This document shows, in pieces, positions 16,854 through 16,896 of a stretch of 16,896 nucleotides of DNA. A model generated the notes under the pieces. That model was given only the letters and a program-made list of their open reading frames with translations, made no database searches and was not told the DNA's origin. The stretch is taken from NCBI GenBank assembly GCA_964014485.1, contig CAXHAT010000171.1, positions 1 through 16,896 on the forward strand. The letters run 5' to 3'. The number at the start of each line of letters is the position of its first letter. Position 1 is the stretch's first letter. This DNA comes from an uncultured Deferribacteres bacterium (GTDB lineage: Bacteria > Zhuqueibacterota > Zhuqueibacteria > Zhuqueibacterales > Geothermadaptataceae). A program made the position numbers and the translations under genes.

Positions 16854-16896
16854 CTGTCTCTTATACACATCTCCGAGCCCACGAGACTCCATTGCA
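16854..16896 (-). other. Sequencing adapter: Tn5 mosaic end plus Nextera Read-2 sequence (non-genomic)
   Basis: CTGTCTCTTATACACATCT-CCGAGCCCACGAGAC-TCCATTGCA is the reverse complement of positions 6-48 with one mismatch. Confidence 0.98.

Noticed and set aside
16662..16892. 76-aa minus-strand ORF resembling the start of ORF1
   Set aside because: It starts in the adapter and lies antisense to the ExbB/TolQ gene.
6..16896. Whole window as a transposon or linear replicon with 43-bp terminal inverted repeats
   Set aside because: The repeats are Nextera/Tn5 adapter sequence, they truncate genes at both ends, and there is no transposase.

Overview
A ~16.8-kb bacterial fragment bounded at both ends by Nextera/Tn5 library adapter (1-48 and 16854-16896), so the genomic DNA is 49-16853. 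C-terminal '(Y/F)PNPFN' sorting domains suggest an FCB-group organism such as KSB1 or Calditrichota (inference). The + strand carries three tandem multidomain secreted proteins with T9SS-type-A-like C-termini: a 5'-truncated beta-helix/DUF1565 protein, an LTD-CotH kinase-FN3x5 protein, and a circularly permuted (Fibrobacter-type) GH16 beta-glucanase with a malectin domain. The - strand carries an M1 metallopeptidase, a membrane protein and a group II PLP decarboxylase (tightly spaced), then a Cys-rich triple-PKD membrane protein and an M19 dipeptidase. A divergent, 3'-truncated ExbB/TolQ gene missed by the ORF track sits behind a near-consensus sigma70 promoter. The most unusual non-coding feature is the 457-bp convergent intergenic region (7997-8453), a nested set of REP/MITE-like inverted-repeat elements. 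One of these has a sister copy on the other side of the dipeptidase gene with its core flipped. No CRISPR array, RNA gene, transposase or reverse transcriptase was recognised. Family assignments come from motif recognition by eye, not database searches.
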